From Kiritimatiellia bacterium (GTDB taxonomy: Bacteria; Verrucomicrobiota; Kiritimatiellia; RFP12; JBMNHG01): DNA of 64,000 bases. Shown one piece after another: positions 42,390 to 53,200 of the stretch. The stretch's first letter is position 1. Each line of letters begins with the position of its first letter. The stretch lies in NCBI GenBank assembly GCA_050950285.1, contig JBMNHG010000002.1:124001-188000 (forward strand), given 5' to 3'. A model generated the notes under the pieces. The model was not told the origin of the DNA. It worked only from the letters and a program-made list of their open reading frames with translations, and ran no database searches. The translations under genes and the position numbers were made by a program.

Positions 42390-42691
42390 GGCGGACCGAC
42401 GGATGCGAGGTGGATGGAAGAAGGAAGCGTGCGCAGGACGAAGGGAAAACGGACAAGAACGGTTCCGCCGCGAGGCGGGCGATCGCGACGCAACCTTTTC
42501 CACAAGTATATCGGACTCGCCCCGGGGAGTAAACCACCTTCTCAAGCCCCTCTCGACCTCCTCTCGACCCTCCCCCCCCCTCGCCAATCTGGGAGGTTGC
42601 GCGTATTCGGCTGGTGACAGGGTCGGGTGCGCCAGCGGGGACCGGGATGAGCGTCTGCTTATGAACCCGGCCACAATTCATGCTGCAAGAC

Positions 42692-42741
42692 AGGGGCACG
42701 GGTTTTCCAATCCGTGACCGGACAGGAATGTCCGTGCCCCT
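42692..42741. repeat. REP-like palindrome
   Basis: Arms AGGGGCACGG / CCGTGCCCCT, with an internal GGACAGGAATGTCC hairpin. Confidence 0.55.
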
Positions 42742-42901
42742 TTCCCAACTCCAAATTCCAGCTCCCCATGCCTGAATCTCCGTGCGCATCGCTATTTGTG
42801 GACGGGTTAGTAAGACCGGCGGCCTGCTTGATCGTTTCTGCGACTCCTCGCCCCTCAACTGGGATGCGTGGCTGCGCGGGAAGGCGCTCCAGCCCGGCAG
42901 T

Positions 42902-42955
42902 TTTTTGTTTGGCTTTTTGTTTGGCATTGCCTCCGCCTCCGATTCCTTGTACCCT
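42902..42955 (+). promoter_or_regulatory. Tandem 12-bp repeat abutting a putative promoter
   Basis: TTTTTGTTTGGC x2 (42902-42925), then TTGCCT-17 bp-TACCCT. Confidence 0.45.
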
Positions 42956-43010
42956 TCTCGCTTGTTGCCGCGGCGCATCCGGTGTCGCGGGCGACGGAAA
43001 GGACTTCCCC

Positions 43011-43931
43011 ATGCAAGATCACACGAATCACCAGGACATTCGCATCGGCGCCATGGCCGGACGCGGAGACAAGACCGCCGAATACATCCGGTCGCTGCTC
43101 CCGTACGGCTTCGAGACCTTCGAGATCAACTTCTGGCAGAAGCTCGACGGCGTGAACCTCAAGAAGCTCGCAAAAGAGGTGGACCGGGTGCTGGAAGGCA
43201 CGGGCGCCACCATCGCCAGCCTCGCCGTCTTCGGCAATCCGCTCGACCCGAACGCCTCCTTCCACAAGGAAACGCTCAAGGCCTGGAAGGACTGCATCGA
43301 CAACGCCCACCTCTTCGGCTGCGACCTCGTGTGCGGCTTCGCCGGGCGCCTCATCGACAAGCCGATCCCCGACTCCATCCCCGCCTTCAAGAAGATTTTT
43401 GGCGACCTCGCCAAGCGCGCCGCGGACAAGGGCGTGCGCATCGCCTTCGAGAACTGCGACATGGGCGGCACCTGGCAGAAGGGCGACTGGAACATCGCCT
43501 GGACGCCCGACTGCTGGGAGCGGATGTTCGACGCCGTCCCCGCCGACAACCTCGGCCTGGAATGGGAGCCTTGCCACCAGCTCGTGAAGCTCATCGACCC
43601 CATCCCCCAGCTTCGCAAGTGGGTCCCGCGCATCTTCCAGCTCCACGGCAAGGACGCCACCGTGATGTGGGACGTGGTCCGCACCCAGGGCATCTTCGGG
43701 CCGGAGCCCTTCGCCTTCCACCGCACCCCCGGCTTCGGCGACACGAACTGGACCGACGTGATCAGCGAACTCCGCCGCCACAATTTCAAAGGCGCCATCG
43801 CCATCGAGGGGTGGCACGACCCCGTCTATCGCGGCGACCTCGAACTCACAGGCCAAGTCCACGGCCTGAACTACCTCAAGGCCTGCCGCGGCGGCGCCTT
43901 CCTCCCGAACTCGAACGTGCCGGGAATCTGA
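43011..43931 (+). CDS. Sugar phosphate isomerase/epimerase (TIM barrel)
   Basis: IAFENC.MGG, GLEWEPCHQ, HGKD, PGFGD, IEGWHD. Confidence 0.88.
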   Translation: MQDHTNHQDIRIGAMAGRGDKTAEYIRSLLPYGFETFEINFWQKLDGVNLKKLAKEVDRVLEGTGATIASLAVFGNPLDPNASFHKETLKAWKDCIDNAHLFGCDLVCGFAGRLIDKPIPDSIPAFKKIFGDLAKRAADKGVRIAFENCDMGGTWQKGDWNIAWTPDCWERMFDAVPADNLGLEWEPCHQLVKLIDPIPQLRKWVPRIFQLHGKDATVMWDVVRTQGIFGPEPFAFHRTPGFGDTNWTDVISELRRHNFKGAIAIEGWHDPVYRGDLELTGQVHGLNYLKACRGGAFLPNSNVPGI

Positions 43932-43975
43932 TTCCACCGGAACCGCCTCCGCACCCACCCTTGACGCCATCCGAC

Positions 43976-44287
43976 ATGAACCCAGAAGACATTGACATCC
44001 AGCTCAAGGAAATGATCGTCGACCGCTTGTTTCTCAAGCTCGATCCCTACGAACTCCGCTCCGACGCGTCGCTGATCGACGAATACGGCGTGGATTCCGT
44101 CTGCCTGCTCGAACTGGTCGTTGGTCTCGAGGAGGCCTTCGGCATCGTGGTCGAAGACGGCGACTTCCAAATCGCGAACTTCGAAACGGTCGACGCCCTG
44201 TCGGCCTTCGTGCAGTCTCGTCTCCCCGCCCGACCGGGCGGGGGGCCTTCCACACCCTCCCTGCTTCCAGATGATGAACGCATTTGA
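43976..44287 (+). CDS. Acyl carrier protein
   Basis: Acidic, small; YGVDSVCLLELVVGLEEAFGI (phosphopantetheine Ser), F.TVD. Confidence 0.85.
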   Translation: MNPEDIDIQLKEMIVDRLFLKLDPYELRSDASLIDEYGVDSVCLLELVVGLEEAFGIVVEDGDFQIANFETVDALSAFVQSRLPARPGGGPSTPSLLPDDERI

Positions 44288-44930
44288 CAAAACCCTTGCG
44301 GCGCGCATCCGGGCGGCCGCGAACATCGCCGTGCTGGTGCTCGACGACGAAGACAAGGCCATCCCCCTCGCCGAGGCGCTTCTCGCGGGCGGGGTGACCG
44401 CCATGGAACTCACGCTCCGCACGCCTGCCGCGCTTCGCGCCATGGAACGCATAGCGGACGCCTTCCCGCAGATGATTCTCGGCGCCGGCACGGTGCTCCG
44501 GACGGAGCAGCTGCAACAGGCGCGCGACGCGGGCGCCGCGTTCGCGGTGTCCCCCGGGCTGAATCCCGAAATCGTTGAAGCGGCGGCCCGGATCGGCCTC
44601 CCCTTCGCGCCCGGCGTGATGACGCCCTCGGAGATCGATCGCGCCCTCGCGCTTGGCTGCACCCTCCAGAAGTTCTTCCCCGCCGAACCGCTGGGGGGCC
44701 TCAAGACCCTCAAGGCCATCGCCGCGCCCTTCCTGCACCTGGGCCCTTCCTTCATCCCGCTGGGAGGGCTCAAGCCCGAGAACACGAAAGACTACCTCGC
44801 AAGCCCGCTCATCTCGGCCTGCGGCGGCTCCTGGATGTGCACGCCGGCCTTGATCGCCGCAAGCGACTGGTCCGCCGTCCAGGCCAACGCGGCCCTCGCG
44901 ACACGCCTCGCGAAAGAAGCCCGAGGCTAG
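44271..44930 (+). CDS. eda: KDPG/KHG aldolase
   Basis: [38 protein letters not shown]. Confidence 0.93.
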   Translation: MMNAFDKTLAARIRAAANIAVLVLDDEDKAIPLAEALLAGGVTAMELTLRTPAALRAMERIADAFPQMILGAGTVLRTEQLQQARDAGAAFAVSPGLNPEIVEAAARIGLPFAPGVMTPSEIDRALALGCTLQKFFPAEPLGGLKTLKAIAAPFLHLGPSFIPLGGLKPENTKDYLASPLISACGGSWMCTPALIAASDWSAVQANAALATRLAKEARG

Positions 44931-44944
44931 CCTTCCCATGGGTA

Positions 44945-44974
44945 CGGGAGACTCTCCCGTTCCCCCTTTTTTTT
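44945..44974 (+). terminator. Hairpin + T-tract (terminator or REP-like)
   Basis: ACGGGAG-ACT-CTCCCGT-TCCCC followed by T8. Confidence 0.45.
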
Positions 44975-45004
44975 CCACCACCCTTGCACCACAGGAGAAG
45001 TTCC

Positions 45005-46360
45005 ATGCCCGCCAAAATCGTCTTCATCGGAGCCGGCAGCCTCGGTTTCACCCGCAAGCTCGTCTGCGACTGCCTGACCTTCGCGACGATGCGCGACGCC
45101 GAGTTCGCGCTGGTCGACATCAACCCCGACCGCCTTGCGATGGCCAAGGCCGCCTGCGAGAAGATCGTGGAGATGGGACGCTATCCCGCGACGGTGTCCG
45201 CCACCACCGACCGCCGGAAGGCGCTCAAGGGCGCGGATGCCGTGATCACCACGATCCTGTGCGGCGACATCGAGGTGTGGCAGCACGACATCCTCATCCC
45301 CAAGAAATACGGGGTCGACATCAACATCGGCGACACCCGCGGCCCGTCCGGCATCTTCCGCGCCCTCCGCACCATCCCCGAGATGCTCGCCATCTGCCGC
45401 GACATCGAGCGCCTCTGCCCCGACGCCGTGATGCTGAACTACACCAACCCCATGGCCATGCTCTGCCAGGCGATGCAGAAGACCACGAAGGTGAACGTCA
45501 CCGGGCTCTGCCACAGCGTGCAGGGAACGGCCATGATGCTTGCCGGATGGGCGGGCGTGCCCTACGAGGAGGTCGACTACGTTTGCGCCGGCATCAACCA
45601 CCTGTCGTGGTACCTCTCGTTCACCCACAAGGGCAGGGATCTCTATCCCGTCCTCCGCAAGCGCGTCGCGACGGACAAGGCCATCTACAACCAGGAGATC
45701 GTCCGCAACGAGATGTTCCTGGCGTTCGACTACTACGTCACCGAGTCCAGCGGCCACAACTCCGAGTACAACTGGTGGTTCCGAAAGACGCCGGAGCTGA
45801 TCGAGCGGTACTGCACGCACGGCACCGGCTGGAATCCCGGCCGCTTCGGCTACATCCTCGACGAGTACCGCAAGAGGAAGGACACGTGGCGGCAGGACTT
45901 CCAGGACTGGCTCGACAATCCCGACTGGAAGAAGCCGGCGAAGCGCAAGGCGCTGCTGGCCCGCGGAGCCGAGTACGCCTCGCACATCCTCGACAGCTGG
46001 CTTGGCGGCGCGCCGTTCCTCTTCAACGGGAACGTCCTGAACACGGGGCGCATGGTCGCCAACCTTCCGGAGGACTGCTGCGTCGAGATCCCCACGCTGG
46101 CCACGCGCCGCGCGATTCAACCGTGCCACGTGGGCGCGCTGCCCCGGCAGGTCGTTCCGCTCACCTCGCTCAACGCCACGTGCGAGACCCTTGCGGTGGA
46201 AGGCGCCCTCGAAGGCGATCCGCGCAAGGTTTTCCAGGCCATCGCCTCCGATCCGCTCACGGCGTCCGTCCTCTCCCTGGCGAAGATCCGGGAGATGGTG
46301 AACGAGATGTTTGCGAAGAACCGCGAGCACCTTCCGCACTTCAAGCGCGTGAAGGTGTGA
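45005..46360 (+). CDS. melA: GH4 NAD-dependent alpha-galactosidase
   Basis: [45 protein letters not shown]. Confidence 0.93.
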   Translation: MPAKIVFIGAGSLGFTRKLVCDCLTFATMRDAEFALVDINPDRLAMAKAACEKIVEMGRYPATVSATTDRRKALKGADAVITTILCGDIEVWQHDILIPKKYGVDINIGDTRGPSGIFRALRTIPEMLAICRDIERLCPDAVMLNYTNPMAMLCQAMQKTTKVNVTGLCHSVQGTAMMLAGWAGVPYEEVDYVCAGINHLSWYLSFTHKGRDLYPVLRKRVATDKAIYNQEIVRNEMFLAFDYYVTESSGHNSEYNWWFRKTPELIERYCTHGTGWNPGRFGYILDEYRKRKDTWRQDFQDWLDNPDWKKPAKRKALLARGAEYASHILDSWLGGAPFLFNGNVLNTGRMVANLPEDCCVEIPTLATRRAIQPCHVGALPRQVVPLTSLNATCETLAVEGALEGDPRKVFQAIASDPLTASVLSLAKIREMVNEMFAKNREHLPHFKRVKV

Positions 46361-46378
46361 GGCTCCTTCCGGCGCCGT

Positions 46379-49300
46379 TCAGGATTCGCCCGTCGCGGCG
46401 GACCACAGGGCATCGAGCCGTCGGGCGGAGACGGGGGCGGGCGTCTTGAGCTCCTGCGCGAACGTCTGGATGCGCAGTTCCTCGACGCCCCAGCGGTAGT
46501 CGGCCAGGGCGGCGGGGTCGGCGGCGGGCTTCGCGGCGCGCGCGAAATCGCGGTAGCGGATCCAATGCGGCAGGAGGGCGGCGAGGCGCCTGGCGTCCGC
46601 CGCGGCATTCCACCCCAGGCGCTCCTGGCGCACGCGGATGCCGTCGAGGTAGCGCGGGATTTCGAGGAGCCGCTTCCACGGCGTGGTCCGTGCGAAGCCG
46701 GGCGGCAGCAGCCAGGCGATTTGCTCGGTGATGTCGGCGGCGCTTTCCTCGGGGATGGCTTCGCCGAAGCAGACGGACTGACGGTCCGCTGCGGCGTGGA
46801 GAAGGGCGGCGACGAGCTGCCGCGTTTCGGAGGCGCAGCGTTCGACCCGCGACCGGGCGCGCGCGAGGCATGCCTCGAAGCCGGGGGCGTCGTACGGCGG
46901 CGGGCCGTCCTCGAGGGCGGCGCGCCGCAAGGCGTGCCATGCGATATCCTCGGCGAGGGTGGAGCCGGGGCTTTCGAGGCCTTTTGCGAAATCCGCGGCG
47001 GACGCGCCGAGGCGCGGGGCGTTGCAGAGGGAACGCCAGCGGGGGCGTCCCAGGGCAAGCACGAGGAGGCGCAGCACGCCGCGCAGGTGGTTTTCGGCGG
47101 CTTCGGCGGCGGTGGGGAAAAGGCGGAGCGAAACGGAATCGCCGGCGTCGGCGAGCGCCGGGAAGTGGCGGATGGTCCAACCGGCCTCGCCGACGTCGAC
47201 CGATCCGGGCAGGGTGCCGAAGGTCCAGGCGTCGAGGCCGTCCCGATGCCAGCGCGGGTCGAGGACGGGGGAAAGCTCCGCCGCGGTTTCGCTTGCCCGT
47301 CCTCCTGCGGCGCGCCGTTCCGGATGGAAGCGTTCGAGCAAGGCGGGGAAGTCGCGGCTTTCGGCGAGGGGCTTCCCCTGGGCGTCCACCACGCGGAAGT
47401 TCATGCGGAGCGGGTCGGGGAGGGTCGATTCGGCCCAGGTTCCGGCGGGGACGCGCGCGCCGCAGAGGTCGTGCACCACGCGGGCGAGGGCGTCGGCGAG
47501 CGGCCCCTTGGCGGGGCCGAGGCGGGTGACGCACACGGCGGCGGTCTCGTCGAGGGGCGAAAGCCGGCTCCGCAGGCGGGCGGGAAGCGAGCCGAGCATC
47601 CAGGCGACTTTGTCGGCGAGGGCGCCGGGGACCAGCCAGTCGTAGGGCCAGGCTTGGAGGAGGGGGAGCGAGTCGGCGGGGACCACGCAGGTGATGCCGT
47701 CGTCGCGTTCGCGCGGGGCGTAGCGGTACAGGAGGGCGAACGATCGCGAGCCCATGCGGAGATGGTCGGGGTGGCCGTCGGCGCGGCCGGCTTCGGCGCG
47801 AAGCGTCGCGCCGTCGAGGAAGAGGGCGCGGAGTTCGTCCGGGGTGGCGGTGTGGCGGGCCCAGCGGCGCAGGTCGCCGGCGGTGGCAATCCCCGCGGGG
47901 ATGCGTTCGTCGTAGAAGGCGGCGAGGGCCTCCTCGTCGGGCAGTTTCGCGGCGCGCCGCAATTTCGCGGCGTTGTCGCGGAGGTCGTCCACGAGGCGGA
48001 GGTTGTGTTCGAGAAAGGCGGGGACGGGGTCGGCGAACGCGCCTTCGACGAGGGCGTTGCGGAGGAAGATGCCGCGGCAGGCCGCGGGATCGATGCGGGT
48101 GAAGTCGCGGCGGCGTCCTTCGACGATGACGAGGCCGTAGAGGGTGACGCGTTCGGTGGCGCGGACGAAGCCGTGCCGGGCGTCCCATTCGGGCGAGTGG
48201 TAGCTGTAGCGGCAGAGGTCGCCGGCGATGGGTTCGATCCAGTCGGGGTCGATGGCGGCGGCCTGGCGGGCGAAGAGGCGGGAGGTGTCGACGAGTTCGC
48301 CGGCGAGCAGCCAGGCGGGCGGCTTTTTGGCGAGGACCGATCCGGGGTGGATGGCGAAGCGGGTGGCGCGGGCGCCACGGTAGTCGCCGGTCTGGGGGTC
48401 GCGCTGGCCGATGCGCGAGAGGAGGCCGCAGAGCAGGGCGCGGTGGAGGCCGGCGTCGCCGCCGCCGGCGAGTCCGGGATCGAGGCCGGCAAGGCGGCAC
48501 TGGCGGGCGAGCTGCTCGCGGAGGTCGCGCCATTCGCGCATGCGCGGATAGGAGAGGAAATGTTCCTGGCAGAGCTTGCGCGTGGCGCGCACGGACAGGG
48601 AGCGGGCCTGTTCGTCGAACCAGCGCCAGAGGAGGAGGATCCCGGCGAAGTCGGAATCGGGGGCGCGGAACTTCGCGTGGGCGGCGTCGGCCTCCGCCTG
48701 CCGGTCCACGGGGCGTTGGCGGGGATCGTCCGCTTCGAGCGCGGAGACCACGATCAGGGCGTCGTGGAGGGACTTTTCGTCCTGCGCGGCCAGAAGGATG
48801 CGGGCGAGACGGGGGTCGACGGGGAAGGCGGCGAGCTTGCGGCCGAGGGGGGTGAGGCGGCCGTTGGGGGAGACGGCGCCGATTTCCTGGAGTTCGCGGA
48901 TGCCGTCGCGGATGCGGGCGGGGGTGGGCGGGTCGGGGAAAGGGAAGTTCTCGATGTCGCCAAGGCGGAGGTCGAGCATGGCAAGGACCACCCCGGCGAG
49001 GCTGGCGCGAAGGATTTCGGGATCGGTGAACGGCGGACGCCGCTCGTAGTCCTCGAGCGAATAGAGGCGCACGCAGAGGCCGGGGGCGACGCGCCCGCAG
49101 CGCCCGGCGCGCTGGTCCGCGCTGGCCTGGGAGATGGGTTCGACGTGGAGGCGCTGCGTCTGGGTGCGATGGGCATAGCGGTTGGTGCGGGCGAGTCCGG
49201 AATCGATCACGCACCGGATGCCGGGGAGGGTCACGGAGGTCTCGGCCACGTTGGTGGCGAGGATGACGCGACGGCGGGAGGTGACTTGGAAGGCGCGCTG

Positions 49301-50164
49301 CTGGTCCGAGACGGGGGACGAGGCGAGGAGCGGGATGACGTCGGTGTCCGCGAGTTTGCGGCCGCGGAGGGTCTCGGCGGTCTCGCGGATGTCGCGTTCG
49401 CCCGGGAGGAAGACGAGCGTGTCGCCCGCGTAGGGCGTGCTGTCGCAGAGTTCGAGGGCGTCGGCGACCTGGCGCGGGAGGTCGGCGTCGTCCCCCTCCC
49501 CGGCGGGTTGGTAGCGGATTTCGACGGGATAGGTGCGGCCGTCGATGGCGAGGACGGGGGCGCCGTCGAAGAAGGCGGAGAACTTTCCGGGGTCGAGGGT
49601 GGCGGAGCTGACGACGAGGCGCAAGTCGCGGCGCCGGGCGAGGATGCCCTTGAGCCTGCCGAGGAGGAGGTCGATGTTCAGCGAGCGTTCGTGGGCCTCG
49701 TCGAGGATGAGCGTATCGTAGGCGCGTAGAAGCGGATCGTGGCGCGTTTCGGCGAGCAGCACGCCGTCGGTCATGAATTTGATGCGGGTCTCGCGCGAGA
49801 CGGCGCGTTCGAAGCGGTGCTGGTAGCCGACGAGCGCGGCGTGCCCGGGCCCGAGTTCTTCGGCGACGCGGCGGGCGACCGTGGTGACGGCGAGGCGGCG
49901 GGGCTGCGTGCAGCCGATGAGGCGCGTGCGGCCGCGTCCGGCCATCATCGCGATTTTCGGGAGCTGCGTGGTCTTGCCCGATCCGGTGGCCCCGGCGACG
50001 ATGATCACGGGGTGCTGGCGCAGCCACTCGCGAATCGTCCCCGCATGGGCGGCAATGGGGAGGTCTCCGGGAATGGCGAGGCGGGGCGGCGGACGCGAAG
50101 GGGCGTCCGCCGCGCCGGGATTTCGCGATTGCGGAGCGCGATGGGTGCGAGGGCGGGGATCCAT
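46379..50164 (-). CDS. hrpA: ATP-dependent DEAH RNA helicase HrpA
   Basis: GATGSGKTTQLP, TQPRR, DEAHERS, SAT, QRAGRCGR, and C-terminal EELR..FAQEL; start approximate. Confidence 0.95.
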   Translation of the reverse strand: MDPRPRTHRAPQSRNPGAADAPSRPPPRLAIPGDLPIAAHAGTIREWLRQHPVIIVAGATGSGKTTQLPKIAMMAGRGRTRLIGCTQPRRLAVTTVARRVAEELGPGHAALVGYQHRFERAVSRETRIKFMTDGVLLAETRHDPLLRAYDTLILDEAHERSLNIDLLLGRLKGILARRRDLRLVVSSATLDPGKFSAFFDGAPVLAIDGRTYPVEIRYQPAGEGDDADLPRQVADALELCDSTPYAGDTLVFLPGERDIRETAETLRGRKLADTDVIPLLASSPVSDQQRAFQVTSRRRVILATNVAETSVTLPGIRCVIDSGLARTNRYAHRTQTQRLHVEPISQASADQRAGRCGRVAPGLCVRLYSLEDYERRPPFTDPEILRASLAGVVLAMLDLRLGDIENFPFPDPPTPARIRDGIRELQEIGAVSPNGRLTPLGRKLAAFPVDPRLARILLAAQDEKSLHDALIVVSALEADDPRQRPVDRQAEADAAHAKFRAPDSDFAGILLLWRWFDEQARSLSVRATRKLCQEHFLSYPRMREWRDLREQLARQCRLAGLDPGLAGGGDAGLHRALLCGLLSRIGQRDPQTGDYRGARATRFAIHPGSVLAKKPPAWLLAGELVDTSRLFARQAAAIDPDWIEPIAGDLCRYSYHSPEWDARHGFVRATERVTLYGLVIVEGRRRDFTRIDPAACRGIFLRNALVEGAFADPVPAFLEHNLRLVDDLRDNAAKLRRAAKLPDEEALAAFYDERIPAGIATAGDLRRWARHTATPDELRALFLDGATLRAEAGRADGHPDHLRMGSRSFALLYRYAPRERDDGITCVVPADSLPLLQAWPYDWLVPGALADKVAWMLGSLPARLRSRLSPLDETAAVCVTRLGPAKGPLADALARVVHDLCGARVPAGTWAESTLPDPLRMNFRVVDAQGKPLAESRDFPALLERFHPERRAAGGRASETAAELSPVLDPRWHRDGLDAWTFGTLPGSVDVGEAGWTIRHFPALADAGDSVSLRLFPTAAEAAENHLRGVLRLLVLALGRPRWRSLCNAPRLGASAADFAKGLESPGSTLAEDIAWHALRRAALEDGPPPYDAPGFEACLARARSRVERCASETRQLVAALLHAAADRQSVCFGEAIPEESAADITEQIAWLLPPGFARTTPWKRLLEIPRYLDGIRVRQERLGWNAAADARRLAALLPHWIRYRDFARAAKPAADPAALADYRWGVEELRIQTFAQELKTPAPVSARRLDALWSAATGES

Positions 50165-50238
50165 GCGGAATCGGGAGGCGGAAGCGGGCTCGAGGCCGAC
50201 GGCAGGCGGATCGTGTGGGACCCGGTTTGGGCGAAGGG

Positions 50239-50907
50239 TCAATCGTCGGCGGCGGCGCGGCGGAGGTAGGGCATGTAGTGGAGCGTGTAGCGCCAGCCCG
50301 TGACGAAGGTCACGACGATCAGAAGCACTTCCGCGACGACGAGCACGCCAAAGAGGATGTCCGCCCAAACAGGCGGGAGTTTTTCCAGCACGCCGAGGGC
50401 CTCCAGCCCCAGATAGAGGTAGATGGCGACAATGACGTGGAAGGCATAGGCGGTGCGGAACTTTCCGGACCAGGTGGCGCGGACGTCGGCATTGTAGGCG
50501 GAACCCACCGAACGCAGGAACGAGACCCATTGGTCGCGCAGCATGGAGACGAGGTCGAGGGCGAAGAGCACTGCGGCGTGGCGAAGGGCCCCCCCCGCCA
50601 TCGCGATGAAAACGGCCGCCGGAAGCGTCGCCACGTAGAAGACCTTGTCCATCATGGGATCGGCGAGCGCGCCGAAGCGGCTGGTCACGCCCCACTTCCG
50701 CGCCAGTCCGCCATCGGCGAGGTCGGTCAGCGCCGACGCGATCATGCAAAGAATCGTCGCGACGAGCCAGCCCCAGGCGGGGCGGAAGGCATGGACCAGC
50801 GCCGTGCCCGTGGCGACGAGGATCAGCGGCGCGCGCGCAAGGGTCAGCCACGTGACGATCCGCCGCTTCCGGGCGAGTTTTTCGTGGGATGGATTCTCCT
50901 GGGACAT
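50239..50907 (-). CDS. pgsA: CDP-alcohol phosphatidyltransferase
   Basis: TDLADGGLARK.GVTS.FGALADPMMDK. Confidence 0.85.
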   Translation of the reverse strand: MSQENPSHEKLARKRRIVTWLTLARAPLILVATGTALVHAFRPAWGWLVATILCMIASALTDLADGGLARKWGVTSRFGALADPMMDKVFYVATLPAAVFIAMAGGALRHAAVLFALDLVSMLRDQWVSFLRSVGSAYNADVRATWSGKFRTAYAFHVIVAIYLYLGLEALGVLEKLPPVWADILFGVLVVAEVLLIVVTFVTGWRYTLHYMPYLRRAAADD

Positions 50908-50926
50908 GGTTCTTTCGTGGGAGGGG

Positions 50927-51985
50927 TTAGCGGGCGCCGTACTGCCGGGCCTTCGGAAGCATGGATTCGACTTCGCGGCGCAGGATCTCGATGCGGGGAT
51001 CGACGGCGGGATCGGGGGCTTCCACGGCGTCCTGTGAATTTGCGGAATCGACGACGGGATGAGCCTTCTTCCACGCCTTGTACTTCTTGTCGATCTCCTT
51101 GATCTTCCGCTCAAGCACCTGCTGCTCGTGCTGCATGGAACGCAGCTGGTCGGCGGCTTTCATGCGCTTGGCTCCCGTGGAATTGTCCCGTTCGGCGACC
51201 AGGGCTTCGACCTTCGCCTCGAACTCCTGCTGCGTCCGATAGAGGGCGCGGTATTCTTCGGCGTAGGGGTTCGCGTCGATGGCGGCGCGTTCGGCGGCGG
51301 TCAAGGTCGGCTTCTTCCCGTTTCGTGACGCGGCTTCGGCCCGTGATTCGGCCTCGAGGGCGGCGAGCCGTCCTTTGAGCGTGTAGAAGCGGCGCAGGAA
51401 ATCGACATCGTCGGCCGCGACGTCCCCGCGCGTGCCGGGAACGCGGAAGAGGTCGGTCAAGCGCACGCTCACGGGGGAGATCCATTGGCCATCGTCCCAG
51501 ACGGCGCCGACGGCGGAGGCATCGTCGCCCTCGCCTGCCGTGGAGATTTCCTCGAAGAGCGTCCCGGCGGAAATCGTGTTCCGGCGTCCGCCCTGGAGCA
51601 GCACTTCGGCATCGCGCACGGCGATGCCCCAGGCGGAGACGGCGGCGCCGGAGGCGGGGATGCGATCGGTGGAAGCCACCGGGGCATCCGGGGCGGGAGC
51701 GGCTTCCTGGGCGGGCGCCGTCTGCTCCGGGGCAGGGGCGGGAGTTTCGCGAGGTCCATCCGCCGCATTCCCGCAGTCGCCCGCGCCGGCGGCGGCGGGG
51801 AGACGCCTCGGGATCGTAGGCACGGACGGCAACGACGGGGGTTCGGGGGGCGTTGCACGGACAGACGCAACCTCGCGCGGAAGATCCGCCGTCTGGGGAA
51901 GGAACGGCTTCACGAAAGGCGCCCCGAAATAGACGAGCGCGGACAGCAGTATCGCCGCCAGAAGATAAGAGACCAGGAAACGCAT
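50927..51985 (-). CDS. Membrane-anchored hypothetical protein (Pro/Ala linker, coiled coil)
   Basis: N-terminal TM segment and a charged helical C-terminus; in operon context. Confidence 0.65.
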   Translation of the reverse strand: MRFLVSYLLAAILLSALVYFGAPFVKPFLPQTADLPREVASVRATPPEPPSLPSVPTIPRRLPAAAGAGDCGNAADGPRETPAPAPEQTAPAQEAAPAPDAPVASTDRIPASGAAVSAWGIAVRDAEVLLQGGRRNTISAGTLFEEISTAGEGDDASAVGAVWDDGQWISPVSVRLTDLFRVPGTRGDVAADDVDFLRRFYTLKGRLAALEAESRAEAASRNGKKPTLTAAERAAIDANPYAEEYRALYRTQQEFEAKVEALVAERDNSTGAKRMKAADQLRSMQHEQQVLERKIKEIDKKYKAWKKAHPVVDSANSQDAVEAPDPAVDPRIEILRREVESMLPKARQYGAR

Positions 51986-52068
51986 GGTGGAAGCGGGGGA
52001 AAAAGCAGAGGACCGGAGGACTGCGGTGAAACCAAAAAGGGCGCGGAAGGCCACGCCCGGGGATTGCG

Positions 52069-53010
52069 CTACTCCTGGGCGGGAGCCGGCTCCGCATCCG
52101 GAGCGTCCGTCCCGACCGTTTCCGCTTCCGCTTCCACGTCCCCGGACGGAACGTCCAACTCCGTCGCTGGCGCTTCCACGTCCGCCGGTGCTTCCACGTC
52201 CCCGGCCGGAACCTCGTCTATCTCGACCTCCGGCACTTCCAGCACGTCCACGTCCTCGGCCGGGACATCCGTCCCGACCTCCGGGGCATCGGAGGTGGAA
52301 AGGGCTTCAAGACCCGCGAAGATATCGCCGGCCGAAGCGGCGGCCGCCTTCAGGCCATCGAAGCGTGCGATCTTCGCCTTGCGGTCTGCGATGTAGGGCT
52401 CCCAGCGTGTTCCCTTCTGCTCTTCCGCGAGGGTTGCCATGCGCGCGAGGGCGGCCGTCTTGTCGCCGGCGAGGGCGAGGCAGCGCGCGACGCCAATGGC
52501 GGCTTCGACCGCGAAGGGGCTTCCCGGGTTGTCCTGGAGGAAGGCCTCGTAGGCGGCCTTCGCCTCGTCGAACTTGCCCTGGGCTTCGAAGGTCTGGGCC
52601 TTGCCGAGACGGGCGATCACGCCGGTGTCGGAAGACTGCCTGGCGAGCGTTTCGTAGATTTCGAGCGCCCTGCCGTAGGTGCCGTCGCGGAAATAGGCCA
52701 TGGCAAGCTTCAGCTTCAAGGCGTCGCCCACCGCGGTGGAACCGTACTGGGCGACGGCGTCTTCCAGTTCCTGCACCGACATGGCCTCGACGAGCGCGGT
52801 GGAGGCGGACTGGGCCTTGGAGGCATAGTTGCGGTAGAAGATGATGCCGAAGGCCACGGCGATCACGACCAGGCTGACGACCATGAGGACGTGCCTGCCA
52901 TACTTCCGCCACCACTCGATGACGGGAAGGAGTTCCGGCGGCATGTTGTCGGGGAGGTTCCTTCCGCGCTCGGCTTCGGGGATGTTCGGGGCGGGCTTGG
53001 CATTGCTCAT
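52069..53010 (-). CDS. YfgM-like membrane-anchored TPR protein with acidic repetitive tail
   Basis: EWWRKYG + TM + TPR helices; tail of (G)DVEA repeats. Confidence 0.75.
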   Translation of the reverse strand: MSNAKPAPNIPEAERGRNLPDNMPPELLPVIEWWRKYGRHVLMVVSLVVIAVAFGIIFYRNYASKAQSASTALVEAMSVQELEDAVAQYGSTAVGDALKLKLAMAYFRDGTYGRALEIYETLARQSSDTGVIARLGKAQTFEAQGKFDEAKAAYEAFLQDNPGSPFAVEAAIGVARCLALAGDKTAALARMATLAEEQKGTRWEPYIADRKAKIARFDGLKAAAASAGDIFAGLEALSTSDAPEVGTDVPAEDVDVLEVPEVEIDEVPAGDVEAPADVEAPATELDVPSGDVEAEAETVGTDAPDAEPAPAQE

Positions 53011-53200
53011 AAGAAACTCGCTTTCCAGGAAAAGGTGTTCCGGCATCATATCGTGCCCATGCCTTCCGTTGCAAACTCTTTTGCACGGTTTGCGCGATCG
53101 CGGGGCGCACGCGACCTCCCGGCCCTCGGGCGCACCTGCCCGTGCCAGCAACCGGACACCGCGCCGCCATCGCGGACGAACGCGGTTTCGGGAAGCGCCC

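Noticed and set aside
38137..42978. 1613-aa ORF as a giant esterase fusion
   Set aside because: Only 38137-40200 is protein-like, with its own lipoprotein signal; the upstream part is an off-frame read of the 40245-42389 gene.
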